64,000 nt of DNA from Ginglymostoma cirratum. Its lineage: Eukaryota. The stretch's first letter is position 1. Each line of letters starts with the position of its first letter. The DNA is taken from positions 38,041,739 to 38,105,738 of the forward strand of contig JAHRHZ010000283.1 of NCBI GenBank assembly GCA_024137785.1, in the 5' to 3' direction. A program made the position numbers and the translations under genes. This document shows, in pieces, positions 1-13,069 of the stretch. The notes under the pieces are model-generated. The model was not told where the DNA came from. It did not search any database and saw only the letters and a program-made list of their open reading frames with translations.

Positions 1-830
1 ATGAGGATGCAAACAGGGCTCAAAGAAGGTTTGGAAGGCTGAGAATAGGCAAGAGCATGGCAGCTACAAAACAAGGTGGATGACTGTGACCTTATTCACT
101 TTGTATGAAGAATGCAGATGTCGATTATTTCTTAAATGGTGAGATCTTGGAAAGTGTTGATATCCAAATGGACCTGGTTGTCTTTCCCCTTAAGCCACTG
201 TAAGATAAAATGCAAGTGCAGCAAGCAATCAGAAAGGCAAATGGTATGTTGAACTTTATTGTAAGATGATCTGAATACCAGAATAGAGGTTTTGTTTCAA
301 TTGTTCAGAACCTCAGTGACACTGCATTTGGAGTATTGTGTGTAGTTTTGGTCCCTTTACCCAAGGAAGGATATACCAGACTGATGTTCACCAGATTGAT
401 TCCTGGAATGTCCTATGAGAGGTAATTGAGGAGACTGGGCCTGTATTCTCTGGAGTTTAGAAGAATGAGAGGTGGTCTCATTAAAACGTACATAATTCTT
501 ACAGTAGATGCAGAAAGGATGTTTCCCCGACCTGTAGGGTTGAGACCGGGGGACACAATCTTCAGAACAAGTGGCAAGCCACTTTAAGAGTTAGATGTGG
601 CAGGCGGCACCATCCAGGTGGCAGCAAATCTTTAGAAATCTCAACTCCAGGGAACTGTAGAATCTCAGTCATGGCGTAAATTGAGGATAAAGACTGACAG
701 ATTTCTAGTTACTGATGACAACAAGGTATGTGGGGATAGTGATGAAAAATAGTATTGAGGTAGATGATCAGCCATGATCCAGAATGGTAGAACAGGTTTG
801 AGCAGCTAAGGGACCTGTTCCAGCTTTAAT
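1..830 (+). mobile_element. Degenerate CR1-clade LINE, 3' part of ORF2 plus 3' tail (runs off the window start)
   Basis: Broken frames resemble the CR1 RT C-terminus (gcaatcagaaaggcaaatggtatgtt, ttggagtattgtgtgtagttttggtc, ctggagtttagaagaatgagaggtggtctc). The tail motif gatgatcagccatgatc matches the young CR1 at 44942-46478. Many stops and indels. Confidence 0.85.
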
Positions 831-3800
831 GCTACTATATTCTTAAAAAGAGGGAAAGTTTAAAGTGTATTATTGTGGCTAGTACTTTTTCGACACACTG
901 AAGAAATTCGCAAACTGTTTGTGTTGCAAACTCCATCCTCCTAGAGTTCAGAGATTCTTGTCCAATGAAAGGAGTAGATGGCATTTTTATTAAAAGGTAT
1001 GGCATTGTCTGAATTATACGTTGAAATACTGCACCAATCAATCTCTTCAGTTTCAAAGCAAAACATTGGTGTTGTAACTATTATCATCTATATACTTTAC
1101 ATCAATCAACACTCAAGTTTCACAGAATATCATTGCATGGGCAAGTGTTACAAATGAATAAACATTACTATCTGCCTAGTTCCAAATGAAAATTGAAGGC
1201 TGCAAGGATTAAAGTGAAACTCATGTTCCTTTTCCCTATGCTTTGTTCAGCAAAGGTTTTGCATTTACAGTGATGTTTTGAAGGTAACTTCTGTTGTGAT
1301 GTGAATAATATAGTTGAAGTGTGCAAAATAAATGCATTTTTATTTTCTAACAACCAATGAATTTTAAATGGTTGTATGGGCAATACGAAGTCAAAGCTAG
1401 TTTGATGCCATGAATTAAACATTAGAGTTTTGTGTATTGCCTTGCATGTGATAGATTTTATTTAGAGTTAGATCCACATATACATTCAAGTACATGCACA
1501 TTTCAACTTTGACAACAATTTATATGCCACAATTGTTTTTAGAGTTGTTAAAACTGACTTTTTTAAAAGTTTGATTTAAGGTTGGTTTTCTCTCCATTCA
1601 GTTGATTACCCAAGTTATTATATCACTGTACAAAACAGACAATAAAAAATCCTAAAAAAATATGCACAAGCTCTGCATTCAACTTTCCTCTGTTATTGAA
1701 CAATTTTATTTGAATAGAGTGAATACGTAAACCATATTTCATATTTTTCTTTAATTTTTCTTAAAATTTCTTAAAATTTTTATTTAAGTCCAAGTAAAAT
1801 TAGTAAAATTGTAGGGTGAAGGAGCTTTGAGATGATTTTAAACTTTCAGGAAGTTTGAATTTCTAGAGTGATGCACATCAGAATTCTTTGTAATAAAATA
1901 TATATTTCACCCGTAACTCTGCCTCGAAACTTAATAACATTTAAAAATGCACTGGATCAGTCGGGATGTTTAGCAATTTTTAAATGCCACGCCTAAACTA
2001 TAAGTCTTTAATCTGATAATGCGACAAGTCCTTCCAGTTTCTAGAAATGAATGCAGGCAAATGTCCTGAATGAATGTTTTGCAAGAGTTGGTTTAAATGT
2101 CTGCAATTATTGGGGTGGTGGGTAGGGATATTTTCCATTTATCCTCGTCTGTTCCATCTACTTAATATTTTAATGACAACGAACAAACGTCCATCCAAGG
2201 CAATTACAAAGAAACTGGAAAATTTGTTTTTAAAGAACTATACAATTTCGTTCATGATATGATTCACAGGAATTGCATTTTTGGTTAATAAAGTGGAAGT
2301 GCCGGAGGAAAACTGTCTTACGCTTTGTAAACTGTTATGACGCCAAGAAAGATCTAATTTAAAGGTTGCACAAGCTTTAATTGTCCATTTTGTACAAGTG
2401 TCTGTTAGAGTAATATGAAAGGTTACACCACAGTCTATGCACAGGAAATGTTAGATTGGCAATGTATTTTTGTGGTAAGTCAATTGAGAGACAAATTTAA
2501 TGTTTACACCGTACACCATGTAGCCCAGTGCGAAGTTAAAAGATCTTGTCTCTGATAAGTGTTCTCTTTCAAATTAAACATTTTTTTTCAATTTCTTGCA
2601 TCTGGATAATGTCCTGAAAATTTGCAACCTTCCCTAGTGATTTACGAGTCACGTCAACGTGATATTTGAATTCTAAAAATTGTCCATTGTAAACCCACAC
2701 CCGCCATTATAATGTAATGGAAACTTGGCCTTCATTGCCCAGTTTGAAGTTCATTTTAAATGAACAAAAAGGAATACTAAACTAAGCATCTATTGGTCTT
2801 ATTGTATGTAATCCGTGTTTAATTTTAAGTTTTCTGTGATTATTTTTGAACTTGTCTGAAACGAAGCTGAATCAGACTCGATTGAGAATTGTCCTTATGG
2901 TGAACTCGGTTGTTATATTTTGCTCATATCTGCCGAGTGAGTGTAACTCTGAAGTTTGCAAACGTGAATTATGTATCGAAGTCGGACGTTGCTCCCAACA
3001 GGAGCAACCGAAGGTCGGATTAAGTTTACAGTGTTTAATAATAAAGATAACCTGATAGCGAGTCGAGGAGTTACTAGCAAACCCCAAATAAAGTCCTAAC
3101 CTTGCTGGTCTGATTCTAAAGAAGAATTAGGAATACAGATGTATATGATATTCATCACCCCTGACTTGGCGAAAAAAAACTTTGCTTTAGTTGCATGGTG
3201 AGCCTACAGAGTCTCTCTCGGTAATATGGTACATGGTAACTAATGAAAGAGACTTTCGACTCGATTGTGTTCCTCGTCTTTTTAACTGTAAGAATTAGTG
3301 GTACTCCCAGCCATTCTTTTTAGCAGATAGAACAACAAATTCCCGGTCAGGGATCATTCAAACGACGCCTCAAATATTTTGTTATGTATTGACCAACATG
3401 CTTGGTGCCGAGTTATGTGAAAAGATCTGACTCACATTGGGTTCCCTTTGCATCACTCATAAGTTGCTTACAATGTTAATGTTGGTCGAACGTAATGCTC
3501 AAGAAGATAACTTTACCCAGAGCTGTGATCCCTTGCTATTACAGTAAAGCGAACTTGGGAGAGAAGGGAGGAGGCGGGGGAGGGCTAAAACGAACGTACG
3601 GGTAACGAATGTTTTCAGTATTAGAGAACACGGTAAAACTGAGTATAAACAAATAGGAATTCGTGAATAATTGTCTCTGCCGAAACCCCAGCTTCGACTG
3701 CTGTTGTTGTTGCGCTCTCTTCTGTCTAGATTTCAAATTGTAACAAATTGCACAGACAGCTACAAATCTTTTGTGAGGTTTCAATTGAATACATTTTCCT

Positions 3801-5243
3801 GTATCGGATTTCCTATTGCTGGGCATGAGTCTTGTCGGAAATGTCATTTTCATTTTCAACACTTAACAAACCGGAGTGATTTATATTCTACAGACCGAAG
3901 CTCAATGCAGTAAAAAAGCTTCAGTGTAACATACTCTGGATATCTGCTTTAAATTCTCTTCTTCTCAAGGAAAATAGTAACGCAGACATTTTTTTAAAGC
4001 AGTTATTATATTGTCCAAGTTTCCTCGTCGTAATTGCAGCGATCACAAATATCCTAGCTCGTCGTTGTCAAAAGAATCCCTCTCAAACTAGCCGGTACCC
4101 ATGTATGTGTATCTGAGGTGCTCCCCGATATTTCTGCCACTCCCCTGGTCATTTAGTGACTGCAGTGGATTTATTTTGCAAAATCAGATTCCACAAACAC
4201 ACTTAACATGTTAACCAGGCATATTGGAACAAATGCCTTCCCATATTCGGTGGGCATCCTCTATCCCAGCAGTAATTGTGTGTGCGTTTGGATAAAGTAT
4301 GTAATCATCTTCTGTCGCAATGCTATTGAAATACAGCAGATTTTCAATTAAAGGCTTTCTGGAGCTCAGCGGTAAATGTTCCTAGCGAAGGCATGTCAAA
4401 AGTGAATTACAATCATTGCTCATCTTTCATAGATTCCAGCCCAATTCCGCGTGTGATGTCTGTTGTTAAATATTTGCAATCGTTCCGATCAAATGCACTG
4501 GGGAGGGAGAGGGACAGTACAAACCGCAACCAACAGCTGGGCGCTTCCAGGTGTTGCAGTCTTTCTGGACCAGTCATCATAGGCCACCACACTGAGCGGA
4601 TTGCCTACCAATACTGTATTGTTTTGTTTTTGAAGTAACACCCACAGCGTCTTTTTTTAAGCTATTCGTCTTTTTCTGGCGCAGATCGGTAAAATAAAAA
4701 AGTTTGGCTCACAAAAGTGGTATCCGTCTCCTATATATTGGAACATTAAAAAAGTTGAGATATGATTCAATAAAAAGGCTGGGAACAATTAGCAGCTCGG
4801 GCAGTGGCTGTGGCAAGAGAAACGGACAACCTTTTGAAAGGTCATCGGCCTAAAATATATTTTCAGCCTTTTCCTGTTTTATTTCAATTACTAATAGTGA
4901 CGGTAGCTTGTTTTTCCATGTTGAACAAGATGCGTTCGAGCACTGCTATCAGCATTGCTTCCATCCGCGTGTTATTAATTGCAGGTAAATGTAATACAGA
5001 TTTACTGATAGTCCAATTTACAAATCCCCAACTTCATCGAAATCCCCATTAATTGATATGAATTCGTGTAAAAACGGCACCTCGCTTCGTAAAGGTTAAA
5101 ATATTCAAAAGAAGCTCAAAGATACTAACAGTCCAAGAGAGTCATGGAAATGGGAAACTGGCAAAGCACAAGAATGAAATTGGCAAAAGGTGATAAGACT
5201 GCAGAAAGTGGATGAAGTGGCAGAGCGAATGAAGTCTCTCTCT

Positions 5244-5266
5244 CACACACACACACATACACACAC
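5244..5266. repeat. (CA)n microsatellite
   Basis: cacacacacacacatacacacac. Confidence 0.9.
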
Positions 5267-8200
5267 TTGGATCTGGTTTAGATTGCTATTTTTTCCACTG
5301 AGCTCGTGTTTCGTTCTTTTTTTTCTGTTGGCAGCTCGCTGCTGTGAAGGGATTAAATTGTATAATTTGGAAAACAGTCATCTGCTCCAGAGCTGAGTCA
5401 GAGGCTGATTGCAGCGCCGCGCTGTTCAGAACACAACTTTAGCCCGATGAAAAGCAATGAAAAATGATTCCTGGCTGATGCTCCCGAGCCTCCACTCCCC
5501 ATTGCCCTTTGAAAGTAGTCATACAGTACAGCACCACGAACATCCCCACCTACTTCCCCACCCCCACCAACCCCCAACCTTCGCTTATTCTGTCTTGATT
5601 TGCCTCTGCGACTGTTTTTCGAAATATTCCTGCGAAATTTGGGGAATGAATCTCACAACTCAAGACTCTTCTTTCCACTCCAGGTGAGGTGGGAGGTCTT
5701 TAAGATTTCCTTGCTAATTAAAACGCGTGATATACTTGTACTAACTAACTAGAACAATATATTGGTGTGTCACTACGGTGGGGAAATGAGATTGGTTTCA
5801 TGAATTTTATTGTTGGTGAACGAAAATTGTTCCTTTGCCTTCTTCGATTTTTTGTTTGATTGTCTCTGCAGTGATAACATATTTAGGCATAAAACTATCC
5901 AGATTTTCTTTGATTTCTACGACTCCTCCCACTTTTCCTCTGTTCAGGAAGTGCTGTCTTTCTAAAGAGTACATATTGGCTTCACGATATAAAAGGTCCC
6001 GGGCAAATGCGGTCGTATCTATTCAGAAACTGAACTATCAATTTGACATAATGTGGGACAGAAGATTAGCAACTGTAATAGTAAATCGTCCGATGAACTA
6101 CAATTGACTGGGTGTAAGACACCGGGTAAAACACCTCTTTCATTCTATATTGCCAGTTCTTTGCTGTTTTGTAACATTATCTTGTATAAAAAATACGAAG
6201 CGGATCAGTCTGCATATGCAGGTGTCGGATCAGCCGCCCAATGCGGTGTGCTGCAATATTGATTTGTAAGTTTAATATCAGCAGGTCATACATATTTCTG
6301 TATAAATGTATAGGTGATCAGCACTTTCTGAGTTTTCAACGCGTAATCGTTTAATGTGATGATCACTTTGAGATTAGCTTTTTGTTTTAGTTCCAGAGTA
6401 CCATGCTGAGACCTTCTTCCCCGGTTTTGTTTTAATGCCACTCTACCAACCAACTAAAAGTTTCATGACACCTAGAACATTAACATAAGCAGTCAATCAG
6501 ATCTATTACTCAGAAAGTGAAGCACTAGCAGTCATGTAAACTGCTCAATCACCCATTAACACAATGCTTTTTTTAAGTTCCAAAAACTAACATCCAATTT
6601 GTTTTTAGAAGATGCAACCTTGAGAACCACTATGTCACGGAAAGACTCATCTAAAGCTGGTCAATTCTTTAGTAGTTTAATACTTTAATACTTCCACAGA
6701 AATGTTTTCATTTAACCGCCATTAATCTTTAAGAAAATACTCGGCTCATATTTTGGTATAAGTTCATGCACTTAAATTGACTATACTCTTATGGACACGG
6801 AAAAGAATGCTCCTTTAGCATTCAGCCTGTTTTTTTTTGGCTCAGTTCTTAAAGTTTTAACTTAAGTAAAACGAATTACCTTAAAAGTAAAGGGAAAGAA
6901 ATAAAGACCCAATCGATTTCAAATGATTCGGTTTATACTTTCTCAAAGAAAAATAGTACTTGGAACGTCAATCGCATAGAAATTTGAGGAAACATTGGAA
7001 TAACTTCAAACTTTTATCAAGATTTGAGTTTTTTCTTCTTGATGTCAATGATTTCATTCGAAATGCAAGAGATAAAACATTTCAAAGGAAAGTCATACTT
7101 GTAGTGCCTTTCATGCGGCGACAAAACGACTATATTTTGTTTAAAATAAATAAATTAATTAACTTCAAGGGCAAGGTATCCATTGTGGTCCGTCACATTC
7201 CAAAACGAATGCGATTTACCGTGCGGGCATCCTTCAATGTGCAGAACTACAACGGATTCAAACTGAACCACACCTCAACGGGATCATTTATATATTGCTG
7301 ACAGAATGACTATATGTCACTGTGATATATATAATACATAACTGAAGCAAATGACCACTTTCAATGGCATATTTTCGCAACAGATTGCTAAAGGGATCTT
7401 GTGCATAACAACGTGACCGGGGCAAAGAAAATGCGGTAAACACGTTAAATTTCGATAAAAGACCATAACGATTCATATCAACTGTAACAGTAGTTCGATC
7501 TAGACAGTGCAGACTGACATGTTGCCATTAGCACTTCAAACGGGTTTTCTAGAATAAGTTCACGGAAAGTGATTGGAGAAATTATTAAAATGTAACATTA
7601 TAACAAATGTACAACAAATCATTTCCCAGCTCTTATAAAGTACGCTACCGATCTCGGCAGAAATTTTTTGTTGACTTTCGTTATCAACTTTAGAAAATCA
7701 GTTTTCCAATGTTCTACTCTCTGGCTGCAGTGTATTATTAGTGCATCTTGCTGTATGTGATTTGTGTTCGGGTCTGTCTATGTGTTCGGTAAGGAATGGG
7801 GCACGGACATTAAAGCTAAACATTTATTTTGCCTGTAATTCAACAGCAAATTTTGCCTGAAGCATGGCTTCTGCAAAGTTTCCAATTTTTAATGTGCGAA
7901 GTTTGGTTCTTTTGCGCTTGATTCGGCCACCTAAGTGCTCTGACCAGTGTGGCGCTGTTGTGCTTTTATAGTTTATTAAAAAAAATAGTCGATGCTGCTC
8001 TTTCAGTTTTCCCCGAATTTCATATCAATTTCACTCGTACTGAAACATAACAGCAGACAGTCTGCAAAGCCAAATGCGAGGAGTGGGAGAGGTGGGGAGC
8101 TTTACTGAGATCAGTTGGTGGTTGCTTAAATGAACGGCCTTTGCAATTCTCTATTTGCTAGAAATCCATTACTCTTAACTTTGCAATTAGTCCATTTCAA

Positions 8201-9139
8201 TCCATTCGGTATTTCTTTGAATTCTTCCTGCTATTCTATGGTGAATTGTTTGCCAAAGAAGAGCCTATTTTAAGGCATCTGTTGACACTGGGAGTCGTAT
8301 AACAGTGGGTGCTGTTGTTGATAGCCAGCGGCATCTCAAACAATTACGTATATTAGGTTAAGAAAACTGATGGTATCTGTTAATATGATTCCTTTTGAGT
8401 CGTGTTGTAAACTACTTGAAGCGGGATTATTGCTATACATGGTGGGCCACGTTTTTAACTGGAACATTTAGAAACGGTCCTGACTACAAAGTGCACAGTT
8501 GTACATGAGAATATTTGGATTGGGCGCGCCTTAATGTTGACCAACATTTTCCCCAGTTTCCTATCATTTTCCTCTTAGGGCAATCCAAATTCTCCCTTCT
8601 GACGTGTCATTGTGTAGCCTCTGACCTCTCGGTTCTTGCTCCAATTGCACGATTTCCGTAACCAAAGAATTTCCCTTTTTGAAATTACAAATTTGTCTCC
8701 AGTCTTCAAAATTTCTGATGGTTTACCCATTAGTATATCTGCCAACTTTAGGCGCGGGTTAATGAAAATGTTGCTTTCTCTCAGGTAATATTTGGGCGAC
8801 TTTGCTGCAGTTATTTCTCAGCTATGTTATTGCTCGACGCTGAAAGTGAGGTGCAATGAATTAGCGCACGCAAATCTAGATGTGCGGAAACAACACTGCA
8901 AAATTCAAACGGTCTATCCTGGCCGAGTGAATCGACCTAGGGTGTTCCTGTTTTCCTTTTTAGTGTCGCTAATTTATTCTTGGTCTGATTTTGAAGTCTG
9001 TATCCTCCACGTGTGCAAGGCCTGCTATTCGTATTTCTAGAAAGGTTGTTTCTTCTTCAAAGCACGGAAATTGGTTCCTAGGCCACAGGTTAATCGCACT
9101 GATAAAACTCATTTAATTGGAGTGGTGTTAATGCAGCGT

Positions 9140-9187
9140 TCTATCTATCTATCTATCTATCTACCTATCTATCTATCTCTACCTACC
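9140..9187. repeat. (TCTA)n microsatellite
   Basis: tctatctatctatctatctatctacctatctatctatctctacctacc. Confidence 0.95.
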
Positions 9188-9949
9188 AACCCCTGATTTA
9201 TTGCATTGTCGTTTGAATTATGATCACTATTATATTTCTGTTTATTCTAATACTTGTCCTTGGAGCTAGGCTGTCTTTTGCATTGATATTAAATGATGTT
9301 GTCTTACCTTCTGTTGCATAGTTCCCTGTATAATTATGAATTCTTCACACTCTGTTTCATCACTGGCTGTTCTCTGGCCCTATGACAGTTGTAGCCGGAT
9401 TTGTTTTTATTCCCTGCGTCAGTTATCCTAAATTATTCTACTTAATGCCTTCTCGCTGTGTCATTCTTGCTGGTGTAACTCCGGGTTACTCTTATCCATA
9501 CTCGTTGCTCTTGCTGGTTCAACCCAGAATCACTAACTTGATTGCTCCCTCTGCTTAATACCTTCATAATTATTCTCCCTGTCTCCCTGCTTCCCACCCC
9601 TCTCTCGATAGGTGTGATTTTATGCCTTTTCTACATCCTTCTAAACGGTTCTTGCTTGTCCATCTGTCTTCTTAACTTAGTCCCGAATTGTCATTTAATA
9701 ATGTTTGTTTTAATCCAAGGCTGTCTTTGCCTGTCTCCACGTCATACTAGCTGACAAATGTGAATATTTTCAATGTGTTTTATTCTTTGTCACTCTATCT
9801 CTCGCTCCCTCCTGTTCAGTGCTGGTGAATTTTCACTGCCATTGCTTGATTTTCTTTTCCTTCATTTTCTTCTTTGGGTTTACTTCTCCCTGTTTTTTTT
9901 TTGTTTTCTCTCTGCTTTGGAGCGGCGTTTCTCTCACTCTGGTTCTGCT

Positions 9950-10045
9950 GAGATGTGTCAATCATTCTCCCCTTGCTATTGGCTGCGGAGTTTGCGTCAA
10001 AAAGTTACCAGAGAGGCGCTTTCTCAGCAAGTCTCAGAGAAAGGG
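9950..10045 (+). promoter_or_regulatory. otx2: Candidate distal Otx2 promoter / TSS region
   Basis: Inverted CCAAT (ATTGG 9978-9982) followed by ggagtttgcgtcaaaaagttaccagagaggcgctttctcagcaa, which from memory resembles the 5' end of mammalian OTX2 distal transcripts (not verified by alignment). Lies about 4.2 kb upstream of the ATG. Confidence 0.6.
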
Positions 10046-10256
10046 GAGAGAGAGAGAGACCAGCACAACTCAGCAATCTCGATCATTTTCCACTTCCATA
10101 CATCAGACACCTGCTTTAAATAGGTTCACCCATCTTCTTCTTCAAATAGCCAGAGTCCGACTTGGCTGGCTGAGATTGGAGCAATTATACACGAAAAAAA
10201 ATTGCCAATCGATAATCTCGAGACTTCTAACCTATTTCTTGTGTATTTGCTTTCAG

Positions 10257-10329
10257 GGACAAAGGCCGCCAGCATCGGGGAAGCCTGACTTGTTTGAGGT
10301 TTTACTTCGATCTAAGCACTGTAAAACAG
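10257..10329 (+). other. otx2: Candidate non-coding 5'UTR exon of Otx2 (73 nt)
   Basis: Branch point TTCTAAC (10225-10231), pyrimidine tract, CAG acceptor ending 10256, and consensus donor CAG|GTGAGT at 10329/10330. Confidence 0.6.
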
Positions 10330-12399
10330 GTGAGTTTATTTTTCTTAAAAAAACGTTAGCCTTCCTCTGTGATGGAGAATCTGAGTTTAACTCTGCGCAA
10401 GACTCCTATAGAATATCAAATCTGTGAACGCACCTACCATGGGGTGAACCCCGCTTGAGGTAGCTATTCGTGCAGTAGAAGACTTTCTGTATATTCGGCT
10501 TGTTCACGGTTGTGCTGGTTGGTCCAAAGGCAGTTCTGACTAGTCTGAAATCTTGGTTCGTGTTTTGTGTTTTGAAGAACATACACTCCGAAGTTCTGAG
10601 GGATTGGATAGGAATGAAATGGCAGAGAAATAAGTATAAGTCTTGCCGTGCGTTTTGCCTTTCGTAGTATATGCTCGTTTGCTAGTTTCTGCAATAAATG
10701 TGGGTTACAATTGTCAATTTTCCCAGTCTTGTGCGAATTGAGCGCAAGCAGTTTTCTTTCGCGCGAGTTGGGTTTGCTACTGGATCCCAGTAAATTCCCC
10801 TCATCCCCATGAATGTTCAAACACAGGGATAATTGGGGAGGCGTGGATTTCTCTCGATTTCTTTTCCTGATATCGTTGATCTGCCCCTGCAATCACATCC
10901 TCATTTGGGGAGTGCTGGGCTGCAGATGCTTTTTGTCAGTCGTTTATCAGTTCAAATAAACTGGAATGAGATCGATCGCTTCCCAATTATTGACGAACAG
11001 CTTTCCTAGCAGAGAGTCGGATCAATAACCTGAACACGAAGAAACTTCGCTGGACAAAACCTAGGCTGCTTTCCGCTCGAATTCTAGACGTGAATATAAA
11101 ACACTAGAATTTTGTTTTTCAATGCAAATCGGTTTGTTCAAAATCTATATAAATTTCAGGTAGCTAAAAAGAAGAAACTTAACATCAGAGTTTCCAAAAA
11201 AACTTTCCAGCCAAAAAAAACTAATGATTTCAGTAATTTTACAAAATAGCTTTAACAATTCCAGCGTTCGACTCAGCCACGGAAGCACTTGATCCGTGTA
11301 GTAAAAGTTTAATGGATCTTGTCAGTTATTTCCCAAAATAAAAATTGGAATCTACAATAACATATTTCGATCAAAGGAACTGAAGCTTATAGATAAATGA
11401 ATATGTTTTTAAAATTAATAATGATATTTGCTAGATTTATAAAGCAATCTTTGAAACCCAAAACCCAGCTTTATTTGCCAAAATTGAAATGTTAACTAAA
11501 CAACCGGTCAGTATTAGCCTGGAGCTTCATCTACGTACGAATGTTATATTTAAATATTTGAAATGAAGGCGAGGATTTTTCTAACTGACATTTAGTTTCT
11601 CCTGACTCTCAGACTCGTGTAATTGCTTCATCCTTTTAACAAATTTCGAAATATTATTTAACATCGAAACGGTTGGATTATTCAGATCTCTCTTTATCCT
11701 CCAAGCAAATATAAATTAAGATTTTAATGTCTCATTGCATAATCTCATCGCAAGAGTCTTGAAAACGTTTCCTTTAAGATTTATCCAGCGGGAGAGCTTG
11801 TTGCTGTAAATGTAAAGTATGGCTCATCAAGAAAATCTAAAGCTGGAAACAGCAAGATCCACTGTTCATTCTATTTGAGCGCAGAGTGACTCACATCTCA
11901 CCAGCTTGTCCTGGTTGTACATTGAAAGTGGAACTGTTATGTCCTGAATAAGTTTGGAAACTTGCGGGCAAGTACAAAGTATTTAAACGAAAATTTTCGA
12001 ACAACTCTAATTACAATAAACATTATATTTTAAAACTATTCATTATTTTGCATTCGTGCAGTTTAGGAGGTGACGAGAGGAAGGGTTAAGTACAATTTGC
12101 AATAAATAACTTACCACCATCGTTAAAACACGCTTCAGTTCAAACTGTGGCAGGAGAGCATCGGCCTTAACACGTTACAAATACTGTATCAAATATGAAA
12201 GTAAATGCCCGTTGTTCGAAATCCCACGAGTCTCAAAGTTGCAGGGCCGGGCCCTATATGAGATTAATGATGTCTTTTTTTTAATAAACACAGTTCGACT
12301 CTATAGCTTTGTTTCATTTCCATCAAGCAGAAAATTAATCAGAACAAATGCAGCAGGGATGAGGGAGAAAGCGTTCTTCGCCATCCCAGTTTTTGCAGC

Positions 12400-12737
12400 G
12401 TCCTGTAATTAAGGAACGTGTGCCACCCGGATTATCTCGTTAATTTATCAAGAAAACATTTATTATAATTAATTCTCGGCCGCATGCTCGGCGGGGTAAT
12501 TACGATCGACCGAATGCCGAGCAACTGGTAGATAGGATTCTTTCAAAAAGTGACAGATTGTGCTGGGAAGCCGACAGACTCGACCCGCTCTCTATATAAC
12601 TGGCTGCACTTCTCTACCAGTCAGCAAGAGAAGCAATTTCCCTGTGGCTTCAGCCTTTCAGGTAGGGCCAGTGGGATCGGCCGGGAGTGGAAGGCTGCAA
12701 CTTGCAATCCATTTTGTCCGAGTAAATTGCTTTTCAG
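12400..12737 (+). promoter_or_regulatory. otx2: Candidate intermediate Otx2 promoter with TATA box and non-coding first exon
   Basis: TAATTA/ATTA cluster, OTX/bicoid site GGATTA (12429-12434), TATATAA (12593-12599), then donors CAG|GTAGGG (12661) and CAG|GTAAGG (12737). Confidence 0.55.
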
Positions 12738-13059
12738 GTAAGGGCCTGTACTTGAAACTGGCAAAGATCGTGTTTTATTTCTCTCGCGGTGCATAGTTGC
12801 AATCAGGCAATAGACGAATGAACGGTGCAGCATTGAGTTAATCGGGATGAAGTCTAAGACTGCACCAAGGGTCATGTTGCTTGTTCTGCAGCTTTGGGAA
12901 AGCGGTGTTTACACATTGGAAGCAGCCTTTAACGCGGGCTGGATCTGATAAACGCTGTGTAGAGCGCTGGCTGGTATATGTAACAGGTCAGCATCTGAAT
13001 GAGTCGACTGCCTAGTTTTTGTTTTGTAATGAGAAGTTTTGTCATCGCAACCCCCATCT

Positions 13060-13069
13060 CCGCCATTTT
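13060..13069 (+). promoter_or_regulatory. YY1 consensus site upstream of the Otx2 ATG
   Basis: CCGCCATTTT matches the YY1 consensus CCGCCATnTT. Confidence 0.5.

Noticed and set aside
9773-10892. ORFs of 116, 202 and 142 aa upstream of Otx2
   Set aside because: They are translations of a low-complexity pyrimidine tract and promoter/UTR sequence, mostly with non-ATG starts and no recognisable domain.
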